Notes: generated by a model not told the origin, from the letters alone. Shown: positions 9,045 to 18,920, counted from the stretch's first letter. The stretch is 50,948 nucleotides of DNA from an uncultured Gammaproteobacteria bacterium (GCA_964491185.1 CAZBFH010000003.1:1-50948); one strand, 5' to 3'. Numbers and translations: made by a program.

Positions 9045-9995
9045 TTAAATTGGCCTTGATTGAAGATATTCTAGTAGTCCATTATGAAGATGATGAATCC
9101 CACTCCAGACAACTATATTAAACCCTTCTGGAAACTCACTAGGATCTTCTTCTCTAAAATCAATAGACCTAACTTGGGGTGAAACCGCTTCACTCATATG
9201 CCTATCTGTTCCACCTCTAACCGAAAATTTATCTCCCCAAATTTCAAGATTATCTGGATTCTGAATCTCTATTCTTGTTAGTCCTAAACTTTGAAGAACT
9301 GAATCATCACTCAACGCTCTCTTAACAGCAGTTGTCTTAGATACATCCTTAACTGCAAAATCTAGCGCAAATACTCCTCCTAGTCTTGGCGATATTGGAA
9401 TGTTAGATTCTTGAAATAATTTTTCTGCTCGCTCTAAAATTGGGATTCTTAAATCATTATTTTCTACACCCAATTCCTTCATTTGCTCAGATGTTAAATC
9501 ATAACCATTTACAACTTCTAATGTAATCTGCGGACCACGATCTTCGAACATTACTGATCTAGGATTTTTTCCAATTTCATCTAAAAACTTTTTTACCGGC
9601 ATTGGGTCATGAATATCTAATTTAAATTCAAGTATAATTTGCTTAGCTAAATCTCGCCATTTTTTTCTTTTTGATTCTGAAAGATCATAAACACTATAAA
9701 AAGGTTTTTCGCGAAGCACACCATCCGAAGTATATCCCCATACCTCTGCACCACTACAATGACCAACTAAAATCTTAGATCTTAATTTCTGTGGAATCTG
9801 GTCAATAATTCTCCATTGAACGCTTTTTAAACCCTGGCCGGTTACAAAAAATATTGATTTTCCGTCTTTAAGCAAACCCACTAGCTCTTCAATCATTTCT
9901 AGCTCTGCGGGCTTATACAAATCTGCAATTGTTTCGTCAACGTCTGAAATTATTAATTTCACCTTTTCATTCCATGTAATCTTATCTTCACTCAC
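9045..9995 (-). CDS. HAD-superfamily hydrolase (phosphatase-like)
   Basis: 316 aa with a GTG start. It has the DxDxT motif I (ISDVDETI), an FFVTGQG motif II region and a C-terminal GD....GG.D motif. The substrate is unknown. Confidence 0.5.
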   Translation of the reverse strand: MSEDKITWNEKVKLIISDVDETIADLYKPAELEMIEELVGLLKDGKSIFFVTGQGLKSVQWRIIDQIPQKLRSKILVGHCSGAEVWGYTSDGVLREKPFYSVYDLSESKRKKWRDLAKQIILEFKLDIHDPMPVKKFLDEIGKNPRSVMFEDRGPQITLEVVNGYDLTSEQMKELGVENNDLRIPILERAEKLFQESNIPISPRLGGVFALDFAVKDVSKTTAVKRALSDDSVLQSLGLTRIEIQNPDNLEIWGDKFSVRGGTDRHMSEAVSPQVRSIDFREEDPSEFPEGFNIVVWSGIHHLHNGLLEYLQSRPI

Positions 9996-10032
9996 AACGC
10001 GATTATATCAAAACTGATGCTATACTTAATTT

Positions 10033-10407
10033 GTGGAGAATTTAGGAAAAACTAGAAAAAAACTTAAACCCATTGCCAGAAAAAGACATAATTACATTTA
10101 TTTATTAATTGCAATCTTACTGGCAATTATTACCTCTTATTTATTTGTAAACTTTTCTCCATTTCATAAATTTCTAATTTCAGGGATTACAATCCCAGTG
10201 CTCCCAATCTTCTTTGCAACTCTTGGACTTTTAATTTTTTCCTTATCTACTTTTATATTTATAGGAAAGCAGCATGGAGTCGTAATCACGCTAACTATAT
10301 TAGGATACTTATTAATGCGCTTAATTGGACTTACTCACTGGATTTTTTTAATTCTAGTTCTTGGATTATTAATTACAGTCGAACTTTTTATTACTAAAAA
10401 GAAATAA
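10033..10407 (+). CDS. small polytopic membrane protein, unknown function
   Basis: 124 aa with a GTG start. A basic N-terminus is followed by 3-4 hydrophobic helices. It fills the gap between flanking genes exactly. Confidence 0.45.
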   Translation: MENLGKTRKKLKPIARKRHNYIYLLIAILLAIITSYLFVNFSPFHKFLISGITIPVLPIFFATLGLLIFSLSTFIFIGKQHGVVITLTILGYLLMRLIGLTHWIFLILVLGLLITVELFITKKK

Positions 10408-11313
10408 TTAATCAGAAGTCCTTAAGCCAAATTGAATAGTCAGATTTCCGCTATCTATTTCAGCATTTGTGAAATCTAAAGTAAAAGACTTCGGATCTTC
10501 AGATCCTTCAAATTGAAACTCAAAAATATTACGTGAAGGTTCAACTAAAAACAGCTCTCTGACTGTAGTTTTAGCTCCTCTCTCCCCATTCGGAATTAAG
10601 CCCCCAATAGAATCTACGTAAGTTTCTCCATTTTTAATTTTAAAAAAGTCATCCCCATACAGAAATTCATCAACCTCCTCTGTGTTTTCAACCCTATATT
10701 CTAGGACTAAATTATTTTTACCGCGCACAGCATTTGGATCGTCTATTTTAGATGATAAATACGCATGTGTAATAAAAACCGTTGAATTATATCTGGAAAT
10801 AAATTGCTTATTAGGTCTCAGATGTATTATGTTTTCTTGAACATCAAGCTTTATAGTATTTTCATCATCCAGTTCTCCATTTATCTTCTTTTTGTATTCT
10901 TCAACAATATAATCAATTACCTTTTGGTCGGTGCATGAATATCCTTTTTTAAATGTTTCTCCGCCTTCTGGAGGGCCGCCGTTAGTTTTTTCCCAAAACT
11001 CACCTGAATCTGTATTAAAGGTTGTGCAGAGTTGATAGGTTGTATCAGTCAGCTTCTTATATTCATAAGGTTTTTTAGTTTCTTGATCTATTAAGCTACC
11101 CGAACTTTCTATTTCATTTAAGCTTTGGGGGATTTTACCGTTTTTCTTATAATAAAAATTAACAGAAACCCTAATTCCTCCAAAATCGTCTAATCTTTTT
11201 CGATCAATTGCATATCCCTTTTTTACAAGAGGATTTCCTGAATCAAATATTGCAACTGTTATCAATGCTGCAATCAGCAAACCTAGGCTAGCTATAAATA
11301 TATAAGACTTCAT
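10408..11313 (-). CDS. membrane-anchored secreted protein: pilin-fold-like N-domain plus beta-sandwich (DUF4352-like) C-domain, paralog 1
   Basis: I prefer the ATG at 11313 (MKSYIFIASLGLL...), which aligns with the paralog start MNKSYIFTGLLGIL; the track's TTG at 11337 would overlap the upstream gene. Blocks shared with the neighbour are: a single N-terminal TM helix, A.D.KR, IPQSL/LPDKL, ETxKPY.YKK, Y.LCT.F.TDS, KKGY.C and .NAYLS. Confidence 0.6.
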   Translation of the reverse strand: MKSYIFIASLGLLIAALITVAIFDSGNPLVKKGYAIDRKRLDDFGGIRVSVNFYYKKNGKIPQSLNEIESSGSLIDQETKKPYEYKKLTDTTYQLCTTFNTDSGEFWEKTNGGPPEGGETFKKGYSCTDQKVIDYIVEEYKKKINGELDDENTIKLDVQENIIHLRPNKQFISRYNSTVFITHAYLSSKIDDPNAVRGKNNLVLEYRVENTEEVDEFLYGDDFFKIKNGETYVDSIGGLIPNGERGAKTTVRELFLVEPSRNIFEFQFEGSEDPKSFTLDFTNAEIDSGNLTIQFGLRTSD

Positions 11314-11320
11314 CGAGGAA

Positions 11321-12256
11321 TTATTTCCCTTGCTCAAAACCTTTGTCTAGATCCAGATAACCACTTACAGTAGAAGACTTAGAAAAATCCAGGGCTACGG
11401 TTGTATAATTCTCAAAATCCCCTACAAGAACATTCAGATTATTTACTGATTTATCTATCAAAAATAGTGCATGTACTTTTCCATTTTTATTCATAGAAAT
11501 ATACGCACTACTTTCTGAACTTACACTATTACTTACGCCATTTAGGCTAACCTCGCCGAAATCTCCTCCGTAAAAAGTTGTTGCTTTAGATTTATTTAAA
11601 ACTGTGTATTCGAGCAGAAGCGAATTCTTGTTTGCCAAATAATCACCACCGACAACTTTTGTCTCAGATAAATATGCATTCGTAAGCGTAATGTCTGCAC
11701 CATAATCCTGAGATGTCCATTTACTGTTCGGGCTCAGCTTTTTAATACTAGTTGCGCTTGGTGATGTAATAGGATCGGGTTCATCGTAGGAGTATTCCGG
11801 GTAATCATCATTAAAAAGATTTTCATCAATCTTATATTCTATGCAGTCATATCCTTTTTTGTGATCTTTTTTTACACCATAATCATAGTCATAATCGTCA
11901 TAGTAAGTACTTTTTTTCTTTTTTGCATTTACCTCCTTGCTGTCTGTAGAAAATGCTGTGCAGAGCTCATATGAAGCTTCAGAAACCTTTTTGTAATCAT
12001 AGGGCTTATTTGTTTCTGGGTCTAAGATAAATTCGGCCCCTTCTCTTTTTAAATCTGATAATTTATCAGGAAGTTTATTGTTATCTTCATAATAATATTC
12101 GATTTCATATGAAGCGGTTGAGAAATTAGACATCCTTTTCTGATCCAAAGCCAAAGCTCTCTTAGACATTGGGGTTCCAATTTCTATAAAACCTGCAACA
12201 ACAAATAGGCAAACCAATATCCCTAATAAGCCAGTGAAGATGTAGCTTTTATTCAT
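11321..12256 (-). CDS. membrane-anchored secreted protein: pilin-fold-like N-domain plus beta-sandwich C-domain, paralog 2
   Basis: 311 aa. It has the same block structure as 10408-11313, plus a Y/D-rich insert (YYDDYDYDYG). Confidence 0.6.
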   Translation of the reverse strand: MNKSYIFTGLLGILVCLFVVAGFIEIGTPMSKRALALDQKRMSNFSTASYEIEYYYEDNNKLPDKLSDLKREGAEFILDPETNKPYDYKKVSEASYELCTAFSTDSKEVNAKKKKSTYYDDYDYDYGVKKDHKKGYDCIEYKIDENLFNDDYPEYSYDEPDPITSPSATSIKKLSPNSKWTSQDYGADITLTNAYLSETKVVGGDYLANKNSLLLEYTVLNKSKATTFYGGDFGEVSLNGVSNSVSSESSAYISMNKNGKVHALFLIDKSVNNLNVLVGDFENYTTVALDFSKSSTVSGYLDLDKGFEQGK

Positions 12257-12872
12257 GCTTCTCAGTTCTTACACCGTAGAAAAAATAGATAAATATTAGC
12301 GCATTAATTCCGACCGTCACTAGAAAATGAAGAATAAAATTTATACTGAAATTTCCAGTTAACGACCCATAAACCAAGGAAATTAATTTATAAAGCATGA
12401 ACAAAAATGTAATTACTAAAGTGTTGTAGATTAAACCTCTTCTTAATTTGAGATGGTGAAGATCAGGATTTTCTTTTGCTCTTCTTTTTGTATGAAGAAA
12501 AAAGAAGGCAAAAAGAGGATAAGTAACTATCATCGCAGATGCCAAAGCTGGAAGAAGTCCTCCGTTGCCACCATCCCCTGATGAAAGTAAAAATATCCAG
12601 CTAAAAATTGACCCCCCATCATAATCTGAATTTAATGGAGGAAAAAACTTATCAACATAATAATGAATAAAAAGCCCCACACTTGTTGCTAGTACGTACA
12701 TACTTATAAACATAAGAGCATATTCTAGGTTGTCCCACATTGTTATCGAAGGATTAATATTCGCTGGTTTCTGAGGAGGAATAGCTTGCTCTGCAACTTG
12801 CTGCGCGATTACGCGTTGAGAGGGTGGCGGAGCCTGAACGCCTTCATTTACTTGATTATTATTCTGGTCCAC
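12249..12872 (-). CDS. polytopic membrane protein (DUF5671-like), Q/P-rich N-terminal tail
   Basis: 207 aa from a GTG start; the alternative ATG start is at residue 45 (MWDNLEY). It has four to five TM helices. The first helix followed by DKFFPP resembles the DUF5671 pattern as I remember it. It overlaps the downstream paralog gene by 8 nt. Confidence 0.45.
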   Translation of the reverse strand: MDQNNNQVNEGVQAPPPSQRVIAQQVAEQAIPPQKPANINPSITMWDNLEYALMFISMYVLATSVGLFIHYYVDKFFPPLNSDYDGGSIFSWIFLLSSGDGGNGGLLPALASAMIVTYPLFAFFFLHTKRRAKENPDLHHLKLRRGLIYNTLVITFLFMLYKLISLVYGSLTGNFSINFILHFLVTVGINALIFIYFFYGVRTEKHE

Positions 12873-12946
12873 AATTTTAGCTTATGGCTTAAATATCTCA
12901 ATGTCAAGTTGTTTAAGGCTAGCTTCTCTGTTAAAATTAGCCTGCC

Positions 12947-14362
12947 ATGAATAAATTTTATATTACAACAGCAATTCCATATGTAAACGGTAGGCCCCAC
13001 ATAGGTCATGCTTTGGAATATTTTCAAGCAGATACTATAAGGAACTATCATAAAATTTTAGGAGAGGAAACTCTACTTCTCTCAGGCGCTGATGAAAACG
13101 CACTAAAAAATGTTCAAACAGCGGAAGCAGAAGGAATTCCTACGCAAGAACTTCTTGATAGAAACTCAAAAATATTTGAAGATTCTTATGCAAAACTTGG
13201 AGTAAAATTAGATGTTTTCGAAAGAGGAAGTGACACGATTCATCACTTTCCTGGTGTTCAAAAACTTTGGGAGCTATGCGAAAAAAATGGAGATATTTAT
13301 AAAAAGTCTTACACTGGTTTTTACTGCGTAGGATGTGAGAGTTTTAAAACTGAAAAAGAATTAGTTGACGGAAAATGTCCAGATCACCAAAAAGCTCCTG
13401 AGAAAGTTACAGAGGAAAATTATTTCTTTAAATTATCAAATTATCAAGAAAAACTATTAAAACTAATTGAATCAAATGAACTTCAAATTGCGCCAATTAG
13501 TAAAAAAAATGAAATTGTTTCCTTTATAAAACAGGGGCTAGAAGATTTTAGTATTTCAAGAAATAAAGATAGAGCAAAAGGAGTTGGAGTTCCAGTGCCC
13601 GGCGACGAAACTCAAGTAATGTATGTTTGGTTTGATGCACTGGCCATTTATATTACGGGAATCGGATATGGCGTCGATCAAACAATATTTGAAAAATGGT
13701 GGCCAGCTAATGTTCATGTTATTGGAAAAGACATAAATAGATTTCACACTGTCTACTGGCCTACAATGCTTTTATCAGCAGGACTCCCCACACCAAAAGC
13801 AGTTCTTGTTCACGGATTTGTACAAAGCGGCGGACAAAAGATGTCAAAATCTTTAGGAAACGTTATTGATCCTTTTGAAATTTCTGAAAAATATGGACTT
13901 GAAGCATTCAGATATTACATGCTCTCTCAAATCCCAACAACTGATGATGGAGATTTTACACTGGAAAGATTTATCGAAGTTTATAATTCGGATTTAGCAA
14001 ACGGCCTAGGAAACTTAGTCGCCCGCGTTGCAAGACTTTGCGAAAAAGTGGAACTCTCTGAACTTCCTGAAATAATTTTAAACGAAACCTATAAATCAAA
14101 TTTTGAAACATACAAATTTCATGAATTTCTAGCAAGCGTTTGGGGAAGGATTTCCGAAATTGATCAAGAAATAGAAAAAGAACAACCCTGGAAAATTGAA
14201 GATCTAGAAAAACTTAAAGAACTATTACAAGATTGGGTGGAAAAAATTAATCAAATTGCATTTGAACTAAAACCATTCATGCCAGATACTTCAGAAAAAA
14301 TTCAGAATATTTTTAAAGAAGGCAAAGTTAAATCCACCGCTCCACTTTTTCCAAGAATTTAA
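12947..14362 (+). CDS. metG: methionine--tRNA ligase (short form without C-terminal tRNA-binding domain)
   Basis: 471 aa. It has the HIGH-type motif (PYVNGRPHIGHALE), the zinc knuckle CVGCE...CPDH, and KMSKS. Confidence 0.95.
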   Translation: MNKFYITTAIPYVNGRPHIGHALEYFQADTIRNYHKILGEETLLLSGADENALKNVQTAEAEGIPTQELLDRNSKIFEDSYAKLGVKLDVFERGSDTIHHFPGVQKLWELCEKNGDIYKKSYTGFYCVGCESFKTEKELVDGKCPDHQKAPEKVTEENYFFKLSNYQEKLLKLIESNELQIAPISKKNEIVSFIKQGLEDFSISRNKDRAKGVGVPVPGDETQVMYVWFDALAIYITGIGYGVDQTIFEKWWPANVHVIGKDINRFHTVYWPTMLLSAGLPTPKAVLVHGFVQSGGQKMSKSLGNVIDPFEISEKYGLEAFRYYMLSQIPTTDDGDFTLERFIEVYNSDLANGLGNLVARVARLCEKVELSELPEIILNETYKSNFETYKFHEFLASVWGRISEIDQEIEKEQPWKIEDLEKLKELLQDWVEKINQIAFELKPFMPDTSEKIQNIFKEGKVKSTAPLFPRI

Positions 14363-15837
14363 TTAGGACGTTTTTCAACTGTATAAATTTTTGCTGAACC
14401 AAATTCTTTATATTTTTTTATAGTTCCGTCTTTTTCCATATATTCTAACCCTTCGATAAAATCTTCACGATTTGCTAAAAGATTAATAATATTCCATTCA
14501 GGTGATGTATCGACAATCATGTACTTTGGATCTCCCGCCCACTTAAACCATTTGCAAGTGGGCAACCCGCATGGAGAATTTTTACTAAAATCTTTTCCAT
14601 CTCCCCACATTGTTACGATTAATTTTCGATTAGAAATATGCGGAGAAATATTTACCTGGGTTACAACATATGCATCTTTCGGCAATGCTTCAATCGCTTG
14701 ATTAATATTTGCGACACCTGATGGCTCTGTCCAAAACCACTGCTTAGACAAATAAGTTAATGGCGCATGGAGCATATATGTCGCAATTGCTGTAAAGAAA
14801 AAAATATAAATCGCTAAATATTTAGTATTTAACTTTTTATATTTTCCAATGATTAAAATAGTAGGCCATACTAATAAAATAGAGGACGTAATTCTATAAT
14901 GACCAAACAAACCTTGTGCTGATGTAACTCTCTCATTCCCCAAAACAAAATAATGACCCAGATCTGCCAAAAAAGGAATTAAATAAAATGGATTCAAGAA
15001 ACTTATAAATCCGTTTGAAATAAAAGAATAGAAAAAAACATCTCTTTTCTCAGGTGTGTTAAAAAATTCACGTAAATCTATTCCAGTTAGTAATCCACTT
15101 TCTCCGACATATGTATAACCCCATGTGAAATTTGGATAGTAAATAAAAAATAGTACAAAAACATAAATAGCGGAAATCGACATGATTAGTAAATTAATTT
15201 TTTTCTTAGTTAAGATTAGATAAACAAATGATATAAAAAACACTATAAATCCCATATCTTCCTTACTTGTTAACGCCAATAAGAAAAATAAAAATGCAAG
15301 CTTAATTCTTCCTACGTCAAGAAAATAAACAAAAATTGGAAGAAAACTTACTCCAAATACCAGACTATGTACATCTGACCAAAGCGCAAACTGAACTCCA
15401 TAAAAAGTAAAGTATGAAAAAAGAAGAGAAAAGGAAATAAAAATATTTAACTTGTGTTTTTTTGCTAAAAGAAAAACAAAAAAACCTGAAACAGAAAAAG
15501 CCAAGGATTGCAAAATTATTAGAGTCCTCGCATCAGGTAATATCCAATAAAAGGGCGCAATAATTAGGTAGATGAATTCTATGTGATCATAAAAAGCTGG
15601 CATAAAAGGATAAGCATGCCCTGTCATTACAGGCGGAATAAACCTGCTATATTCCCAAGCAACTTGATTCACAAGAGAAAGATCGTAACCAGTCCAAAAA
15701 TGTGCGTGCTTAACTATACCAAGAGTAAGATATGCGAAAAAGAATGCAATGCAAATAGCTAAAGCCAAAAAATTTTCCCTTTTATTGAAAAATTCTATAT
15801 ACTTTTCCACAAAAATATTATATCTCAATAATTGCAT
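14359..15837 (-). CDS. large polytopic membrane protein, DUF2079-like (putative GT-C-type glycosyltransferase)
   Basis: 492 aa. About 10 or more TM helices are followed by a soluble C-terminal domain. The YDLSLVNQ and HIEFIYLIIAPFY segments resemble the DUF2079 family as I remember it. Confidence 0.55.
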   Translation of the reverse strand: MQLLRYNIFVEKYIEFFNKRENFLALAICIAFFFAYLTLGIVKHAHFWTGYDLSLVNQVAWEYSRFIPPVMTGHAYPFMPAFYDHIEFIYLIIAPFYWILPDARTLIILQSLAFSVSGFFVFLLAKKHKLNIFISFSLLFSYFTFYGVQFALWSDVHSLVFGVSFLPIFVYFLDVGRIKLAFLFFLLALTSKEDMGFIVFFISFVYLILTKKKINLLIMSISAIYVFVLFFIYYPNFTWGYTYVGESGLLTGIDLREFFNTPEKRDVFFYSFISNGFISFLNPFYLIPFLADLGHYFVLGNERVTSAQGLFGHYRITSSILLVWPTILIIGKYKKLNTKYLAIYIFFFTAIATYMLHAPLTYLSKQWFWTEPSGVANINQAIEALPKDAYVVTQVNISPHISNRKLIVTMWGDGKDFSKNSPCGLPTCKWFKWAGDPKYMIVDTSPEWNIINLLANREDFIEGLEYMEKDGTIKKYKEFGSAKIYTVEKRPN

Positions 15838-15866
15838 TTTAGTTTAAAAAATACTACTGTTAGCTT

Positions 15867-16382
15867 ATGGAGTCCATACCTTTCATAATCCTTAGCTCTT
15901 TAGTCGTTTATCTATTTATTATTACAGCGATCAGAGTTTTCGGAAAACGTGAAATCTCCCAGCTCTCAGTAATTGATCTTGTCTTCATACTATTAATAAG
16001 CAATTCCGTTCAAGATGCCATGATTGGCGGAAATATTAACTTTCTCGTTGGTGGTCTAGTTGCAGCTGTTACACTCTTTATAGCAAATTACTTTCTTGGA
16101 GAAATATTCTTTAGATCTAAGAGAATTAGTGATTTTATTCAAGGAGAACCTCTTATGTTAATTTATGAGGGGAAACCTATTGCTGAACATCTCAAGAAAG
16201 CAAAAATTTCCTCAGATGAGTTAGAAGCTTCTATTAGAGAGCATGGTGTTGCAAAAATGTCAGAAGTTGATTTGGCAGTACTTGAGCGAGATGGAAACAT
16301 AAGCGTACTTTCAAACAATTATAAAAACAGAACAAGAAAAAAGAGAAAAGGTAATAGAATTTTTTCCAGAGAGATTATGTAA
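15867..16382 (+). CDS. DUF421 / YetF-family membrane protein
   Basis: 171 aa. GKREISQLSVIDLVFILLISN and the C-terminal soluble domain are typical of the YetF family. Confidence 0.7.
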   Translation: MESIPFIILSSLVVYLFIITAIRVFGKREISQLSVIDLVFILLISNSVQDAMIGGNINFLVGGLVAAVTLFIANYFLGEIFFRSKRISDFIQGEPLMLIYEGKPIAEHLKKAKISSDELEASIREHGVAKMSEVDLAVLERDGNISVLSNNYKNRTRKKRKGNRIFSREIM

Positions 16383-16383
16383 C

Positions 16384-16548
16384 TTAAGGAGTTGAAACGC
16401 CAAGAACTGCTTGACCCACTGAAGAATAAAGTAAAAATGCTCCGATCAATACACCAACCATCCCTGCGAGCATAGTAAACATAACTACACCCATTATATT
16501 CTGGTCTGTGTAAAGCTTAAAGTGTTTGTATTGTTTTCTTTTTGCCAT
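16384..16548 (-). CDS. possible 54-aa single-pass membrane peptide
   Basis: It falls below the ORF-track length cutoff. Reverse-strand translation gives MAKRKQYKHFKLYTDQNIMGVVMFTMLAGMVGVLIGAFLLYSSVGQAVLGVSTP, a basic N-terminus followed by one TM helix. It occupies an otherwise empty 225-nt gap. Confidence 0.3.
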   Translation of the reverse strand: MAKRKQYKHFKLYTDQNIMGVVMFTMLAGMVGVLIGAFLLYSSVGQAVLGVSTP

Positions 16549-16607
16549 TAATTATATTAACTAACTTTCTAATAACTTTGTCAAGCGGAAATTATATAAT
16601 AGGTCTT

Positions 16608-17414
16608 ATGGTAGATGTACATTGCCATCTTAACTTCAAATCTTTCGCGAAAGATTTCGATACTGTAATAAAACAGGCACAAAAAGATAGCGTAGAAATT
16701 ATAATTAACACAGGCACTAGCCTAGAATCAAGCCAAAGAGCCGTAGAATTAGCCGAACAATACGAAAATTTATATGCTATTGTCGGAATTCATCCCCACC
16801 ACGCAGACAAGATTCAGCCTGGCTGGGACAAAAAACTTGAAAAAATAGCTAAATCATCAAAAAAAGTTTTAGCAATTGGTGAAATAGGATTAGACTATTA
16901 TTCATATGCTTCAAACGGAATCGTTGAGCCAGCTCTTCAAAAAGAAGTTTTCATAAAACAGTTAGAGATTGCTCACAAACTAGGGCTCCCTCTTCAAATT
17001 CACAACAGACAAGCTGGAAATGATATTTTACAAATATTAAATACACATTCTGCATTAATAAAAAAGGACAAGCCAGGCATGTTTCACTGCATGTCAGGAA
17101 ATATTGAATTCTTGAAGAAGGTTCTAGAACTTGGCTTCCTTGTAGGCTTTGATGGGAATATAACCTATGAGGGAATTGCTAAGGGTGAAGACACAAAGCT
17201 TTCTGATCTAATTAAGAATACTCCGATTGATAGAATAGTTACTGAAACAGACTCTCCATATCTGACTCCTGAACCTCATAGACATAGCCGTAATATTCCT
17301 TCCTATGTTATAATTGTCGCAGCTCAAATAGGTAAAATTAAAGATATCGATTCCAAGGAAGTTGAGGCTAAAACTTCAGAAAACGCAAAAAAATTATTCA
17401 ATTTAGCATCCTAG
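16608..17414 (+). CDS. tatD: TatD-family metal-dependent hydrolase / DNase
   Basis: I prefer the ATG at 16608 (MVDVHCHLNF), which matches the usual N-terminal HxH motif. The track's longer ORF from 16542 adds a hydrophobic non-homologous leader. Further TatD motifs are GEIGLDY, LQIHNR and ETDSPYL. Confidence 0.9.
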   Translation: MVDVHCHLNFKSFAKDFDTVIKQAQKDSVEIIINTGTSLESSQRAVELAEQYENLYAIVGIHPHHADKIQPGWDKKLEKIAKSSKKVLAIGEIGLDYYSYASNGIVEPALQKEVFIKQLEIAHKLGLPLQIHNRQAGNDILQILNTHSALIKKDKPGMFHCMSGNIEFLKKVLELGFLVGFDGNITYEGIAKGEDTKLSDLIKNTPIDRIVTETDSPYLTPEPHRHSRNIPSYVIIVAAQIGKIKDIDSKEVEAKTSENAKKLFNLAS

Positions 17415-17426
17415 CCCAAACCGTTT

Positions 17427-18920
17427 ATGACAGAATTTTTTAACAGAATTTTTACACGCTATCCTATTAAGACTCACCGATCACTGCTGGCTCTTCCTGG
17501 AATTACGTCCTGGACATTAATCCTCTTTCCTGTCTGGGGATCGATCTTTGTCCCTTATCTTGTTGCGTACTTTATTCTCTTTTTTGACGTTTATTGGTTT
17601 TACAGATCTTTCTCTTTAATGTTCACAGCTTATCTCGGGTCAAAAAAAATCAAAGAAGCAGAATCACAAAACTGGCTTGAAAAAGGTGAAAAACTTGCGG
17701 ATTTTGAAAAATTAAACCATGTAATAATTATTCCAAACTATAAAGAGACTGAGGAAAAACTACGAAGAATTGTTGGAACAATTGCAGCTCAAACTTTTCC
17801 ATCAAAAAGAATTTATGTCGTATTAGCAATGGAAAAAAGAGAAGATACGGCTCACAAAAAAGCTTCTAAAATTATAAAAGATTTTGAAAATGTATTCGGC
17901 GGAATTTATGCTACATACCATCCTGATATATTAGGGGAAGTTAAGGGAAAATCTTCCAATGAATCATTTGCCGGAAAAGAAATTAATAAAATCCTAATCG
18001 ACACAAATATTATTGACGTAAACTACACAACTGTAACGACAGCTGACGCGGATTCAATGTTTGATAGGCAATATTTCGCCTACCTGGCTTTTGACTTCTT
18101 AAAAGAAGAAAAAAGATATAACAGATTCTGGCAGTCAGCAAATGTAGACCATAATAATTTCTGGAGTGTTCCAGCAGCTAGCCGTGTTTTTTCATTTTTC
18201 TCAAGTCTTCACAGAACTGGCCTTTTAGTTCAGGGTGATAGATTAATTGCAACTTCTACATATTCACTCTCTTTCCTTCTTTTAAAGAGAATTGGATACT
18301 GGGACACTGATGTCATACCTGAGGATTATAGAGTTTTCTTCAAAGCATTCTTCATGATGAAAGGAGATATTTCCGCAAATCCGATTTTCCTAAAAACATC
18401 TATGGACTCCCCCCTTTCTCCAACTTACATTGGAAGTCTTCAGAATAAATATTCTCAAATTAGAAGATGGAGCTACGGTGCATCAGACGATCCTCTTTTC
18501 ATAAAATGGTGGCTCACAGTCCCGGGAGTTCCTTTTTTTAGAAAAACAAAAATCCTTTTCCATGTTCTTTTAGATCATTTTCTTTGGCCAGCAAATTGGT
18601 TTATCCTAACAATCGCTACAAGTGTTATTACATTAGTTAATCCAGAATTCTCAAGAACTTCACTTGGCTATAGTCTTCCTATAATGGCAAGAATTATTCT
18701 TACAACATCTCTAATTGCATTGGTTATTATGGTAGTAATAGATTACAGAAGCAGACCAAAACATCTAAGTAAATCCAGAACTCGCGAACTTCTGTTTCCT
18801 CTGGAATTTATCTTGATGCCGATTGCAGGATTTTTCTTAAATTCTCTTCCGGCAATTATCTCCCATACACAACTTATGCTTGGACGAAAAATGGAATATA
18901 AGGTTACTGAAAAATTATGA
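17427..18920 (+). CDS. membrane-embedded family-2 glycosyltransferase with processive-synthase motifs
   Basis: 497 aa. N-terminal TM helices precede a GT-A domain carrying the ordered motifs IIIPNYKE, TTADADS (DxD), PEDY (ED) and QIRRW (QxxRW). Four or more C-terminal TM helices follow. Confidence 0.75.
   Translation: MTEFFNRIFTRYPIKTHRSLLALPGITSWTLILFPVWGSIFVPYLVAYFILFFDVYWFYRSFSLMFTAYLGSKKIKEAESQNWLEKGEKLADFEKLNHVIIIPNYKETEEKLRRIVGTIAAQTFPSKRIYVVLAMEKREDTAHKKASKIIKDFENVFGGIYATYHPDILGEVKGKSSNESFAGKEINKILIDTNIIDVNYTTVTTADADSMFDRQYFAYLAFDFLKEEKRYNRFWQSANVDHNNFWSVPAASRVFSFFSSLHRTGLLVQGDRLIATSTYSLSFLLLKRIGYWDTDVIPEDYRVFFKAFFMMKGDISANPIFLKTSMDSPLSPTYIGSLQNKYSQIRRWSYGASDDPLFIKWWLTVPGVPFFRKTKILFHVLLDHFLWPANWFILTIATSVITLVNPEFSRTSLGYSLPIMARIILTTSLIALVIMVVIDYRSRPKHLSKSRTRELLFPLEFILMPIAGFFLNSLPAIISHTQLMLGRKMEYKVTEKL

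Noticed and set aside
12873-12946. I considered a T-box or other leader riboswitch upstream of metG.
   Set aside because: Only 74 nt are available, far shorter than a T-box leader. The only structure seen is a 6-bp inverted repeat (AGGCTA...TAGCCT) of doubtful significance.
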